55,470 bases of DNA, taken from assembly GCA_021767705.1 (NCBI GenBank), contig JAASSU010000003.1:1-55470 (forward strand), written 5' to 3'. Positions 7,460-16,823 of the stretch are shown one piece after another. Below the pieces are notes generated by a model that was given only the letters and a program-made list of their open reading frames with translations, made no database searches and had not been told where the DNA came from. Within the stretch, counting starts at the first letter, position 1; the number at the start of each line of letters is the position of its first letter. This stretch comes from Bacteroidota bacterium. GTDB taxonomy: Bacteria; Bacteroidota; Bacteroidia; Bacteroidales; JAIPAH01. The translations under genes were made by a program, and so were the position numbers.

Positions 7460-9355
7460 ATGAAGAAGACACCGTATATTTCCACCATCATTTTGGTTTT
7501 GTTCTTTTGGAGCTCTTCGTTAGCACAGGTGAGTGAAGGCGGCACGCCACTGTCTTTCCTGAAAAAGCTTTCGCAGGATGAAGTCCCACAAATTCAGCTT
7601 CAATCTCCTGACATGGAAAAAATCCGAAAAGAAGATCTATCCCGAAGCAACATGCTGAAGCCGGCACGTATGGCTGTCAATATCGAAGCCAATATTTCCT
7701 TTACGGAGAAAGCCCGCTGGGAAAAATCGGGTGACAGTTGGGTGGGTCGGCTTTCTGTTGCTGTAAAGGATGCTAAAGCCCTGATTCTTTACTACGATGA
7801 GTTTAATATCCCGGAAGGAGGAAAACTGTTTCTATACAATAACAACGGGGAACAGCTTATCGGTGCTTTCACACAGCAAAACAATCCGCCGAAAGGCTAC
7901 TTTGCCAATGAGCTGATAAATGGTGAAGAACTTACTCTCGAATATAATTACCCGGGCGAAAAGCTTGCAGCACCCGAGCTTATGATAGGCGATGTGGGCT
8001 ATGCCTACCGCTTTACAGGAAAAGGCAGCAAAGGGTTTGGCGACAGCGGCGATTGTGAGGTCAACGTGAATTGCTCGGATGGCGATGCCTGGCGCGATGA
8101 GCAGCGCGGCGTGGCCCGGATTCTGATACGCCGGGGCGGGAGTGCCTACTGGTGCTCAGGTTCGTTGCTAAACAATACCAATCAGGATTACCGCCCATAT
8201 CTTTTAAGTGCCGACCACTGTGGTGGCGATGCTACAGAAGACGACCTTCAGCAATGGGTCTTTTATTTCAACTATGAGTCGGCCACCTGCAATAACCCTA
8301 TCCTGGAGCCATCATCAGAGTCGATGGTGGGTGCCAGCAAGATAGCGCGCGGCGGAACAATGGGCGACAGCGGCTCAGACTTTTACCTGGTAGAGCTGAA
8401 CAGCTTCATCCCTTCAGATTATGAAGTGTACTACAATGGATGGTCGCGTATTGACGAGCCGGCCAACAGCGGCGTCTCTATCCACCATCCGGCAGGAGAC
8501 ATTAAAAAGATAACTACTTTCGATGAAACGCTCACCTCTTCTACCTACGCTAATGCCAAGAACGCGCATTGGCGGGTGTACTGGACCACCACCGATAATG
8601 GCGCGGCAGCCACGGAGGGAGGCTCTTCCGGGTCGCCGATCTTTAATGAGCAGGGGTTGGTCGTGGGAGCTTTAACCGGCGGGCTTTCATCGTGCAGTAA
8701 CCAAACCGCTCCCGATTATTATGGTAAGTTTTCTTATTCATGGGATCAGATGGGCGATGCCGCCGACCAGCGGTTGCAGCCCTGGCTCGACCCGGCAGGG
8801 ACGGGTGTGATGAATATGCCCGGCCTCGGCGGACAACCCCAGGATTTGCTTATCGCCGATTTCATCGTTCAGGGTGACACGGCCTTGCCAATTGGCGAAG
8901 CCGCCGATTTCAGTTCCAGGTCAGTAGGACAAATTGTAAAATGGAACTGGACTTTCGAAGGGGGCAGCCCTGCCACCTCCGACCAAACCAATCCGACGGA
9001 CATCATGTACAACACCTATGGAAGCTACGATGTAAAACTCACGATTACGGGTGCTGAAGGAGATACCAATACGCTGGTGAGGGAGGATTACATCAGAATC
9101 AGGGCCAAGGCTTTTCCTAACCCGGTGACTGAATACCTGACCCTTGATTTTGGGCACGACCCCATCGGGAACATGGAGTTGATGGTTTATAACATGTATG
9201 GCGAAACGGTTGAGAAAATCATCCGCTACTTTTCCGTGGAAACGTCATACACGCTTGATATGACCGGATACTCTGACGGGCTCTACCTGGTAAGGACAAA
9301 CATTAACGGCGATATCTCGGAATACAAAATTGTGAAATCCAAGACGGAAAATTAA
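7460..9355 (+). CDS. Lysyl-endopeptidase-like trypsin-fold serine protease with PKD domain and T9SS type A CTD
   Basis: Signal peptide; 'WCSGSLLNN', catalytic 'SADHC', 'SDFYLVEL', 'TEGGSSGSP'; PKD 'WNWTFEGG'; CTD 'FPNPV...GLYLV...KIVK'. Confidence 0.88.
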   Translation: MKKTPYISTIILVLFFWSSSLAQVSEGGTPLSFLKKLSQDEVPQIQLQSPDMEKIRKEDLSRSNMLKPARMAVNIEANISFTEKARWEKSGDSWVGRLSVAVKDAKALILYYDEFNIPEGGKLFLYNNNGEQLIGAFTQQNNPPKGYFANELINGEELTLEYNYPGEKLAAPELMIGDVGYAYRFTGKGSKGFGDSGDCEVNVNCSDGDAWRDEQRGVARILIRRGGSAYWCSGSLLNNTNQDYRPYLLSADHCGGDATEDDLQQWVFYFNYESATCNNPILEPSSESMVGASKIARGGTMGDSGSDFYLVELNSFIPSDYEVYYNGWSRIDEPANSGVSIHHPAGDIKKITTFDETLTSSTYANAKNAHWRVYWTTTDNGAAATEGGSSGSPIFNEQGLVVGALTGGLSSCSNQTAPDYYGKFSYSWDQMGDAADQRLQPWLDPAGTGVMNMPGLGGQPQDLLIADFIVQGDTALPIGEAADFSSRSVGQIVKWNWTFEGGSPATSDQTNPTDIMYNTYGSYDVKLTITGAEGDTNTLVREDYIRIRAKAFPNPVTEYLTLDFGHDPIGNMELMVYNMYGETVEKIIRYFSVETSYTLDMTGYSDGLYLVRTNINGDISEYKIVKSKTEN

Positions 9356-9390
9356 GCCAACCTATAGGGCAATTATCCATCTGGCAAAAA

Positions 9391-9432
9391 AATCTGTGAA
9401 AATCAGTTCAACCTGCGTCATCAGTGTTCTAT
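9391..9432. repeat. Short degenerate ATC(A/T)GTG-type periodic repeat between convergent genes
   Basis: AATCTGTGAA AATCAGTTCA ACCTGCGTCA TCAGTGTTCT, about 10-bp periodicity. Confidence 0.4.
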
Positions 9433-9498
9433 TGTTCTTGAATTATGGCAAGTTGGAAAAGAATACTTTAAAAATTTTAATTTAACTATCCCAGTAAG

Positions 9499-10110
9499 CT
9501 ATTCTCTCTTGTTTCGAATCAAATCATCCAGCAAATTTTTCACTTTGCTGCTGTGCCATTTGGCAGCGCCTTTCTTTTCAAGCACAATTTCGCCCTCCTT
9601 TGAAATAATATAGGTGGTGGGAATCGATCCTGTTTTCAACTCTTCAGGAACAGGAGTGCGGTTATAATAAACAGGCATTTCATAGCCTTTCCTATCCATA
9701 AACGCATCCACTGTCTTGCGTTTTTCGTTGGTCATCAAAACAAACTCCACCTTCTCACCATACTCGTCAAAAAGCTTCTGCATCGAGGGCATTTCGGCCA
9801 CGCAGGGTGGACACCATGTAGCCCAGAAGTTCAGAAACACCACTTCACCCTCCATCGCGGCAAGCGTGGCCCGCTCTCCATTTTGATTTTCGAAAGGCCA
9901 CTGGTACGCTGTTTCACTGATTGCTTCGCGGTTTTCAGGAGCCTTGGCCGAAGGAGCGAACAAAGTAATGCGTTTGATGGTAGACACCACCGCCATCCGC
10001 GATGAGGGAAACAACAACGCTATCAGAAGCAAAATGAAAATAATGTCAGAAGCGATTGAGAAAGGGCTTTTCTTTTTCCTGTAGTTGTCGAAACGTTCTT
10101 TTAATGTCAT
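9499..10110 (-). CDS. TlpA/ResA-family thiol-disulfide oxidoreductase, membrane anchored
   Basis: 'FLNFWATWCPPCVAEMP', 'SIPTT'; N-terminal TM helix. Confidence 0.92.
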   Translation of the reverse strand: MTLKERFDNYRKKKSPFSIASDIIFILLLIALLFPSSRMAVVSTIKRITLFAPSAKAPENREAISETAYQWPFENQNGERATLAAMEGEVVFLNFWATWCPPCVAEMPSMQKLFDEYGEKVEFVLMTNEKRKTVDAFMDRKGYEMPVYYNRTPVPEELKTGSIPTTYIISKEGEIVLEKKGAAKWHSSKVKNLLDDLIRNKRE

Positions 10111-10208
10111 TGAATGGTCTTTTTCAGATGTAAATCTTTAGATAGTGTTTGCTCTACTACAAACCCGCATCAACACGAGTCAAACAACGGCCACTACCGT
10201 CCTTTTGT

Positions 10209-11234
10209 TTACGAAATTTTGTGCACGGCATAATTGCGCCACTTCTCCACCGCTTCGGCAAAATCGGCGGGAAGCCCGGAGTCAAAAAACAGATGCTCCG
10301 ATGTGGTTGGGTGAATAAATCCGAGTGATTTAGCATGCAGTGCTTGCCGCGGAATGGCCTTAAAGCAATTCGACACAAACTGCTTGTATTTGCTGAAAGT
10401 GGTTCCACGCAACACCTCGTTTCCGCCGTAAGTGGCATCGTTGAATAAAGGATGGCGCAAATATTTCATGTGAGCCCTGATCTGGTGCGTGCGCCCCGTT
10501 TCGAGTTCGCACTCCACCAGTGTAACATAGGTGAATCGCTCCAGCACTTTGTAATGGGTAATGGCTTCTTTTCCGCGGGAGTTATCGGGAATCACCGTCA
10601 TAATCCTGCGATCTTTTTCGTAGCGGCCAATGGCACCGGTAATGGTGCCGCTGTCCTCATCAAAATCACCCCAAACCAAAGCGTGGTATTTTCGTTCAAT
10701 CGTATGTTCGAAAAACTGGTTAGCCAGCTTCGACTGTGCCAGTTCATTCTTGGCTACCAGCAGCAATCCACTTGTGTCTTTATCGATGCGGTGCACGAGG
10801 TAAGGCTCCACATCCTGTCCGGTTTTTTCGAAATGAAATTTCAGGGCGTTGAGCAGCGTTCCGGTATAATTGCCATACCCCGGGTGCACCACCATGTTTG
10901 GCGATTTGTTGATCACCATCAGGTCATCGTCCTCGTAAACAATGTCCAAAGGAATGTCTTCGGGGTGGATTTCTATTTTCCTTGGCGGGAAGCTAAGAAC
11001 AATGCTTACCACATCGTTGGGCCTGACCTTGTAATTGGGTTTTACCTTTGTGTCGTTCACCAGAATATTTCCCGCCTTAGCGGCATTCTGGATTTTATTC
11101 CGGGTCACCCCTTCCATCATGTTCATCAGGTACTTGTCGATCCGTAAAGGCTTTTGACCTTTGTCGGCCACATAGCGGTAATGCTCATAAAATTCCTGAG
11201 AATCCTGATCCTGCACGTAATCTTCTGTCGTCAT
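10209..11234 (-). CDS. rluD: RluA-family 23S rRNA pseudouridine synthase (RluD-like, with S4 domain)
   Basis: S4 'RIDKYL', 'VHRIDKDTSG', 'TGRTHQIR', 'RQALHA'. Confidence 0.92.
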   Translation of the reverse strand: MTTEDYVQDQDSQEFYEHYRYVADKGQKPLRIDKYLMNMMEGVTRNKIQNAAKAGNILVNDTKVKPNYKVRPNDVVSIVLSFPPRKIEIHPEDIPLDIVYEDDDLMVINKSPNMVVHPGYGNYTGTLLNALKFHFEKTGQDVEPYLVHRIDKDTSGLLLVAKNELAQSKLANQFFEHTIERKYHALVWGDFDEDSGTITGAIGRYEKDRRIMTVIPDNSRGKEAITHYKVLERFTYVTLVECELETGRTHQIRAHMKYLRHPLFNDATYGGNEVLRGTTFSKYKQFVSNCFKAIPRQALHAKSLGFIHPTTSEHLFFDSGLPADFAEAVEKWRNYAVHKIS

Positions 11235-11237
11235 TCT

Positions 11238-13223
11238 TTATCGTGTAATCACTATTTTGTTGGAATAAATTTTCTGATTCGCCGGATTATACACCCGGAT
11301 CAGGTAAATACCTTTCGACATGATTTGTCCGGCCGGGAAATTAGGTTGAAAACCTCCCTCGTAAACCTTCCGGCCATCAAGGCTGTAAAACTTCATGGTC
11401 AACTGATCAGAAACCTCAAAGCTTGCCGGCAACTGAATGGTAATAATTTCATCGGGTCTTGCCGGGTTCGGATAAACCTTTAGCTTCTCATCCGATACAG
11501 CAGGCTCCGGGGCATTGCCCTGCTGGCCACCTCTGAAAACAGGGCGCACCATCAGCGAGCCCTGGTAACGGCTCGGCAGCCACTCGCCCGAGGTATTGTA
11601 TAAAAGGTTATCGCTGCTGTTTCTTGAAAAATCGTACCCAACGTTTAAAATATGGTCGGTGGTTTTTTCCCATCCCACATAAAAAGTGGAGTTTTTTGTC
11701 TTGAAAATCACCGGATCGATCTCGAAAGTGGTGAAATCGTTCAGCCCCTCGCCATATTCAGGCAAAATACCGCTTTCCGACTGGTAAAGCAATTCGCCCG
11801 GAACACCATTGTTGTCGGCCCACACATTCAGGTAAAAATACTGGAGGTTTGCTTCATTCTTGGTCTTATTGAAAAAGATTCGGACGGATGTCAGGGTATC
11901 CGGATCATTGAGCTGAAAGCGGTATGCCAGTTGCGCTCCCGAAGGAGTCACCCCGTAGCCGGCTTCAGCCGTACCATCATCATAAGCATAATAATTGCTG
12001 AAAGTCTGGACAGACCGCACCGTATCATTCTTTTGGTGAATCAGGCTGGCATCACTGTTTAACACATGCTCAATTTCAAAAGAGATGCTGTCGGTTGTAA
12101 AAGGAAACGGCAGCGTCACTTCCGGATTGGAGAAATTCGGATAATTTACATAGCCATCCTCATAAAACGGAGTGAGTGTGTAAAACCCACCATCATAAGT
12201 TTCAATGATATCCCCGGAAGGGTTATAGACATTGTAAATATAAGATGTGTTGTGAGGCTCATCGTCGAGATTAGCAATCAGCATATCAAAATCCATACTC
12301 ATCTCGTTTACGAAATTGGTACGGTATTGCCAGTACGGCATGGAGGAGTATCGCTTCAAGAACGATGGTGAGCCGCTGACAAAAGTAACATCGTTAGAAA
12401 TGGTGTCGGCAGCCGAACGGTTCCAGTCGAGCTCTACATAATCGATGTTCCAGTGGTCAACGTTGCTTTGCCAGCTCATCAGGCTGTTATCGGCGAGGCT
12501 GGCATAATTCACAAACCTGAACTGGAATTGATCATTAAAATATTTTGCGCTGTCGGTAATCGGAATCATCACTCTTCTGAAATAATTGTTTCCCTGGGCG
12601 AAGGTGTCTATCTTCATTCCTCCCGAGGCCCACACGCGTGTCCATCCTTCATAGATGACCGTATCATTTTCAGCCGGGACCTCCCCTTCAATCACTACCG
12701 TGTCGTTAAGGCTCACTGCCAGAAACTGAAGCACCAGGCTGTCGCCGGGCTGCGGGTCGTTGCCCATGCCCTGTGGCTGAAAATAAAAACTCATGTAAAC
12801 AGAATCTTTCGGGCTTAAAGCCTTTGGCTGCGGAGAAAATACGCTGTCGAGACGCACCGGGTTGGAAGTAAGATGATCGGCTTCGAAAGGAAATACATTC
12901 GCATTGCTGTAGATATCTCCGTTGCTGTCGACGGCATCCAGTGTGGCGGCCCCCACCGACACCGGAAAGAGCGCGTAGTCCTGGTTGATGTAGGCTTCAT
13001 CATCCTCCCAAAGATGGTTGTCAGGGTAGATTTCCATGCCTGAAAAATCATCAAAAAACGGAAGCTCCAGAGGAACATCATTTTTTTGGCCGAAGATATT
13101 CTTTAGGGCTGGCGGTTGATTTTTCAAGGCAGCATTTTCAGAAACCCCGACCAGCACTTCCTGTGCTGATGAGAATCCTATGAAACTAAAAAAAATAAAT
13201 ATGCTGGTTAAAATTTTCCTCAT
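11238..13223 (-). CDS. Conserved T9SS type A CTD protein of unknown function
   Basis: Signal peptide; 'LPFFDDFS', 'YAYDDGTAEAG'; CTD 'VYPNPA...GIYLIRV...KIVI'. Confidence 0.8.
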   Translation of the reverse strand: MRKILTSIFIFFSFIGFSSAQEVLVGVSENAALKNQPPALKNIFGQKNDVPLELPFFDDFSGMEIYPDNHLWEDDEAYINQDYALFPVSVGAATLDAVDSNGDIYSNANVFPFEADHLTSNPVRLDSVFSPQPKALSPKDSVYMSFYFQPQGMGNDPQPGDSLVLQFLAVSLNDTVVIEGEVPAENDTVIYEGWTRVWASGGMKIDTFAQGNNYFRRVMIPITDSAKYFNDQFQFRFVNYASLADNSLMSWQSNVDHWNIDYVELDWNRSAADTISNDVTFVSGSPSFLKRYSSMPYWQYRTNFVNEMSMDFDMLIANLDDEPHNTSYIYNVYNPSGDIIETYDGGFYTLTPFYEDGYVNYPNFSNPEVTLPFPFTTDSISFEIEHVLNSDASLIHQKNDTVRSVQTFSNYYAYDDGTAEAGYGVTPSGAQLAYRFQLNDPDTLTSVRIFFNKTKNEANLQYFYLNVWADNNGVPGELLYQSESGILPEYGEGLNDFTTFEIDPVIFKTKNSTFYVGWEKTTDHILNVGYDFSRNSSDNLLYNTSGEWLPSRYQGSLMVRPVFRGGQQGNAPEPAVSDEKLKVYPNPARPDEIITIQLPASFEVSDQLTMKFYSLDGRKVYEGGFQPNFPAGQIMSKGIYLIRVYNPANQKIYSNKIVITR

Positions 13224-14095
13224 TCTGTAATAATATCTTCAATAAAAAAATCGTCTGAAATAAACGTAGAATCAGCCGAAATAGTATCTGCTCTTCGTAG
13301 CTCAATTTCCTTAATAAGCTCAAAAAAGTCGAAATTCTTATCGGAACGATAATACAAATCAACAAAAGTGCCCATGGGTGCTTTAGCTCCTTCGGCAGCA
13401 CTGGGCTCGGTGCTGTATATTCGCAGGTGCGTAGTGTCATCACTATCCAGAAAATACTGCTTCCCGACATTGAGTGAGTTTTTATGCAGGATTTCACGGG
13501 CTTGTTTCTGCTTCTTGCCTATCACAAATGGGACCCTGACATAACTGTTGCTACGTCCGGTACCCAAAATCAAATCAATTTTCGATCCTTTAAAAATCTC
13601 TTCTCCCGGAGGAATGACATCTCCTTTATACACCTGCTGTAACACCGCGTTTTTTGCCAGGTCCTGAACATACTCCAGCTTGTTGACCTCCAAGCCATAG
13701 GTTTCGAGCAGGGAGATCGACTGCCTTAGCGTGAGGTCCAGCAGGTTAGGCATCTTTACTTTCTCAGGGGTTTTAGCTACTATTGTCAGGTACACATTCC
13801 GGTTTTGTTTAACCTTTGAGCCGGGCTTCGGGTTTTGCTCCAGGATGGTTCCGGGCTCCTCACGTCCGTTAAACACAGAATCAATGATAATAAATTCCAT
13901 CTCGCTGCCCAGGCGGTATTCTTCCAGCTCCTTTACCGTTAGCCCGGTATAGTTTGGCAATGAATACTCCTCGCCATGTAAAGTATAAACATCAAGGATT
14001 TTCGTGGCCAGAAACAAGACTGCAAAAGCCACAACGACCATGATTCCCAAATGAATAAAAAACTTTTTACTGATAAGAAACTTCCTGAAGCTCAT
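13220..14095 (-). CDS. PASTA-domain membrane protein (three PASTA repeats)
   Basis: N-terminal TM; 'LPNYTG', 'MPNLLD', 'VPFVIG' repeat starts; 'ILEQNPKPGSKVK'. Confidence 0.88.
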   Translation of the reverse strand: MSFRKFLISKKFFIHLGIMVVVAFAVLFLATKILDVYTLHGEEYSLPNYTGLTVKELEEYRLGSEMEFIIIDSVFNGREEPGTILEQNPKPGSKVKQNRNVYLTIVAKTPEKVKMPNLLDLTLRQSISLLETYGLEVNKLEYVQDLAKNAVLQQVYKGDVIPPGEEIFKGSKIDLILGTGRSNSYVRVPFVIGKKQKQAREILHKNSLNVGKQYFLDSDDTTHLRIYSTEPSAAEGAKAPMGTFVDLYYRSDKNFDFFELIKEIELRRADTISADSTFISDDFFIEDIITE

Positions 14096-14146
14096 AATGG
14101 TTTTCTTATTAAAAAAGAACAGCAATCCTGTTCGTTTATTGTGAGG

Positions 14147-14249
14147 CAAATATAAGAAATATCAGGTTGGAGCATCATGGCTGATGAATTACAGATCTCA
14201 GATTTTTTTACCCTTGCCGGGATTTCATTCGCTGAATGTTTTATTTTTG
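14147..14249. promoter_or_regulatory. Divergent TAnnTTTG promoters for the PASTA operon (-) and ddl (+)
   Basis: TATATTTG on the minus strand (14147-14154); TATTTTTG on the plus strand (14242-14249). Confidence 0.55.
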
Positions 14250-14268
14250 AAATACCAAAAAGAGTGTT

Positions 14269-15246
14269 ATGAAAAAGCGTGTAGCCCTGATTGCCGGGGG
14301 AGATTCCGGTGAGTATGAAGTATCTATCAACAGTGCGGGCGCTGTTAAAGAGCAGCTTCCTGAAGATAAGTATGAGGTCTATTTTATCATCATCAAAGGC
14401 CTGGAGTGGTATCACCTCGATGAACAGGAAAGAAAACATCCGGTGGATAAAAACGATTTCAGCATCACTATCGATCAGCAGAAAATTCTTTTCGATGTTG
14501 CTTTTATCCTCATACACGGCACTCCCGGCGAAGATGGGAAACTACAAGGGTATTTTGAGCTGTTGAAAATCCCTTACACTACGAGCGATTTATTCACCTC
14601 AGCACTCACGTTTAAAAAGAATTTTACCAAGCATGTGGCCAGCTCCCTGAATGTGGCTGTTTCTAAAACCATCCTGCTAAAGAGCGGCGAAAACTATTCT
14701 GTGCCAGGACTAATAAAAGATGTTGGACTGCCTTGCTTTGTAAAACCCAACAAGGGCGGCTCGAGCGTGGGCATCACGAAAGTGAAACGCGAAGAGGAGC
14801 TGCAGGAGGCCATTGGCAAAGCTTTTGCTGAAGATGATGAAGTATTAGTGGAGGAATTCCTTCAAGGAGACGAAATTGGTTGCGGGGTGTATGAATACAA
14901 TGATGTGGTTATTCCGCTGCCATTGACGGAAATAGTAAGTAAAACGGAATTTTTCGACTACCAGGCCAAATATTTAGGCGCTTCAGATGAGATCACTCCG
15001 GCACGCATCTCCGATGAAAAAACCGATGAATGCCAACGTTTATCAGCACAGCTTTACCGGCAGTTTAACTGCAAAGGCTTGGTGCGTTTCGACTATATCC
15101 TTAAAAATGATGTCTTCTATTTCCTGGAAGTCAACACCATTCCCGGACTGAGCAAAGCCAGCATTGTGCCCCAGCAAATCCGTTACATGGGCAAAAAAGA
15201 ATCGGAGGTTTATGAACAACTGATTGAGGAAGCGCTGAGGAAATAA
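14269..15246 (+). CDS. ddl: D-alanine--D-alanine ligase
   Basis: 'GG.S.E.EVS..S', 'IHGTPGEDG', 'GSSVG', 'FFDYQAKY', 'LEVNTIPG'. Confidence 0.96.
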   Translation: MKKRVALIAGGDSGEYEVSINSAGAVKEQLPEDKYEVYFIIIKGLEWYHLDEQERKHPVDKNDFSITIDQQKILFDVAFILIHGTPGEDGKLQGYFELLKIPYTTSDLFTSALTFKKNFTKHVASSLNVAVSKTILLKSGENYSVPGLIKDVGLPCFVKPNKGGSSVGITKVKREEELQEAIGKAFAEDDEVLVEEFLQGDEIGCGVYEYNDVVIPLPLTEIVSKTEFFDYQAKYLGASDEITPARISDEKTDECQRLSAQLYRQFNCKGLVRFDYILKNDVFYFLEVNTIPGLSKASIVPQQIRYMGKKESEVYEQLIEEALRK

Positions 15247-15269
15247 ATTCTGAGGTGTTTCAAAAACCA

Positions 15270-15277
15270 TAACTTTG
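15270..15277 (+). promoter_or_regulatory. TAnnTTTG -7 element for rfaD
   Basis: TAACTTTG 22 nt upstream of ATG 15300. Confidence 0.55.
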
Positions 15278-15299
15278 CGTGAAATAAAAAGAACGAACC

Positions 15300-16265
15300 A
15301 TGATTGTAGTAACCGGTGCTTACGGATTTATTGGCAGTGCTTTAGTTTCAAAACTGAATCAGGAAGGGTATGACAACCTGGTGTTGGTGGATGATTTCAG
15401 TAAAACCCGGAAGGAAGATAACCTTGAAGGGAAAAAATTTTTGAAACGTATTGAAAGAGATGATTTCCAGCAATGGATGGAACAGAATATCAAGGAAATT
15501 GATTTTATCTTTCATATTGGTGCAAGAACCGACACCGCGGAGTTCGACAAGAAAGTGTTCGACAAACTGAACCTCAACTTCACCAAAAAAATCTGGCAAC
15601 TCTGCGCGCAATATTACATTCCGTTGGTATATGCCTCCTCAGCTGCTACTTACGGACTCGGTGAGCATGGCTACGAAGACCGTCATGATATTGTAGATAA
15701 GCTGAAGCCTTTGAATGCCTATGGTGAATCAAAGAACGATTTCGACAAGTGGGCCTTAGGCCAAACCAAGCAACCTCCTTTTTGGGCAGGAATGAAATTC
15801 TTTAATGTGTATGGTCCGAATGAATATCACAAAGGACGGATGGCTTCGGTGATTTTTCATGCGTACCACCAGATCAATAAAACTGATAAGGTAAAGCTAT
15901 TCCGTTCGCACCGCGAAGATTTTAAGGATGGCGAGCAGCTTCGCGATTTTATCTATGTGAAAGATGTGGTGGATGTGCTTTTCTTTATGATGAAACAACA
16001 ACCAGAATCCGGATTGTACAACCTGGGCACAGGCAACGCGCGCAGCTTCAACGCCCTGGCAAAAAGCACCTTTGCGGCGCTCGACAAAGAGCCGGTGATT
16101 GAATACATCGACACGCCTGAAGATATCCGCGATAAATACCAGTATTTCACCGAAGCAGGCATGAGCAAACTGCGCAACGCTGGATATATTAATGAATTCC
16201 ATTCACTGGAAAAAGGAGTCGACGACTACGTCAGGAATTATTTGGTTCCCGGAAAATATCTTTAA
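15300..16265 (+). CDS. rfaD: ADP-L-glycero-D-manno-heptose 6-epimerase
   Basis: 'MIVVTGAYGFIGS', 'YASSAATYG', 'PLNAYGESK', 'FNVYGPNEYHKGRMASV', 'YQYFTEA'. Confidence 0.95.
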   Translation: MIVVTGAYGFIGSALVSKLNQEGYDNLVLVDDFSKTRKEDNLEGKKFLKRIERDDFQQWMEQNIKEIDFIFHIGARTDTAEFDKKVFDKLNLNFTKKIWQLCAQYYIPLVYASSAATYGLGEHGYEDRHDIVDKLKPLNAYGESKNDFDKWALGQTKQPPFWAGMKFFNVYGPNEYHKGRMASVIFHAYHQINKTDKVKLFRSHREDFKDGEQLRDFIYVKDVVDVLFFMMKQQPESGLYNLGTGNARSFNALAKSTFAALDKEPVIEYIDTPEDIRDKYQYFTEAGMSKLRNAGYINEFHSLEKGVDDYVRNYLVPGKYL

Positions 16266-16270
16266 ATCAA

Positions 16271-16434
16271 TTATCTATGAGTTCAGTCTAAAAATCCTAA
16301 AGACCCCTAAATCCCCTAAAGGGGACTTTTTCAAAACGCTGATTTTTAGCAATCCCCCGCCTACGAGGCGGGTTAGGGGTAAAAATGATAAAAATCAGCA
16401 CTTTGAAGAGTTTTTAAACTGGACTCACAGATAA
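16271..16434. mobile_element. MITE/REP-like non-coding element with 24-bp terminal inverted repeats
   Basis: Left TTATCTATGAGTTCAGTCTAAAAA vs reverse complement of right TTATCTGTGAGTCCAGTTTAAAAA (21/24); internal nested inverted repeats. Confidence 0.7.
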
Positions 16435-16466
16435 ATTTTTACATAATTATTGCTTGTTAGATTTTC

Positions 16467-16486
16467 ATTTCGTTATTTTGCGAAAT
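16467..16486. promoter_or_regulatory. Putative ArsR operator
   Basis: Palindrome ATTTCG-N8-CGAAAT 22 nt upstream of arsR, overlapping a TATTTTG promoter-like element. Confidence 0.55.
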
Positions 16487-16508
16487 ATTAAAACAATACA
16501 AAAAGTTG

Positions 16509-16823
16509 ATGGAAACAAAAACAGAAATACCTGAGGACATCCAGGAGCTGGCAAGAATTTCGAAAGCCCTGGGTCACCCTGTCAGGCTGTACATCCTGAA
16601 AAAGCTGACCCAGATGAATGCTTGCTGCTACAGTGGAGACCTGGTGGATGAGCTCCCTATAGGCCGCTCTACCCTCTCGGCGCACCTCAAAGAACTAAAG
16701 TACGCCGGACTTATCCAGGGACAAATCAGGCCACCTTACATCAAATATTGTATCAATCAGGAAAACTGGGAAAAAGCAAAAAAAATGTTCTATCAACTGC
16801 TCGACGAAAATTCTACCTTATGA
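16509..16823 (+). CDS. arsR: ArsR/SmtB-family transcriptional repressor
   Basis: 'KALGHPVRL.IL', 'ACCYSGDL', 'STLSAHLKELK.AGLI', 'YCIN'; first gene of the ars operon. Confidence 0.9.
   Translation: METKTEIPEDIQELARISKALGHPVRLYILKKLTQMNACCYSGDLVDELPIGRSTLSAHLKELKYAGLIQGQIRPPYIKYCINQENWEKAKKMFYQLLDENSTL

Noticed and set aside
10452-12818. Plus-strand ORFs antisense to rluD and the CTD protein
   Set aside because: Shadow ORFs of clearly identified minus-strand genes
14269-15246. ddl as a vancomycin-resistance D-Ala-D-Lac ligase
   Set aside because: The omega loop retains 'DYQAKY' with Tyr, typical of D-Ala-D-Ala ligases; no van cluster
16192-16434. 80-aa ORF spanning the element upstream of arsR
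   Set aside because: Overlaps the rfaD end and translates palindromic repeat DNA; no protein features
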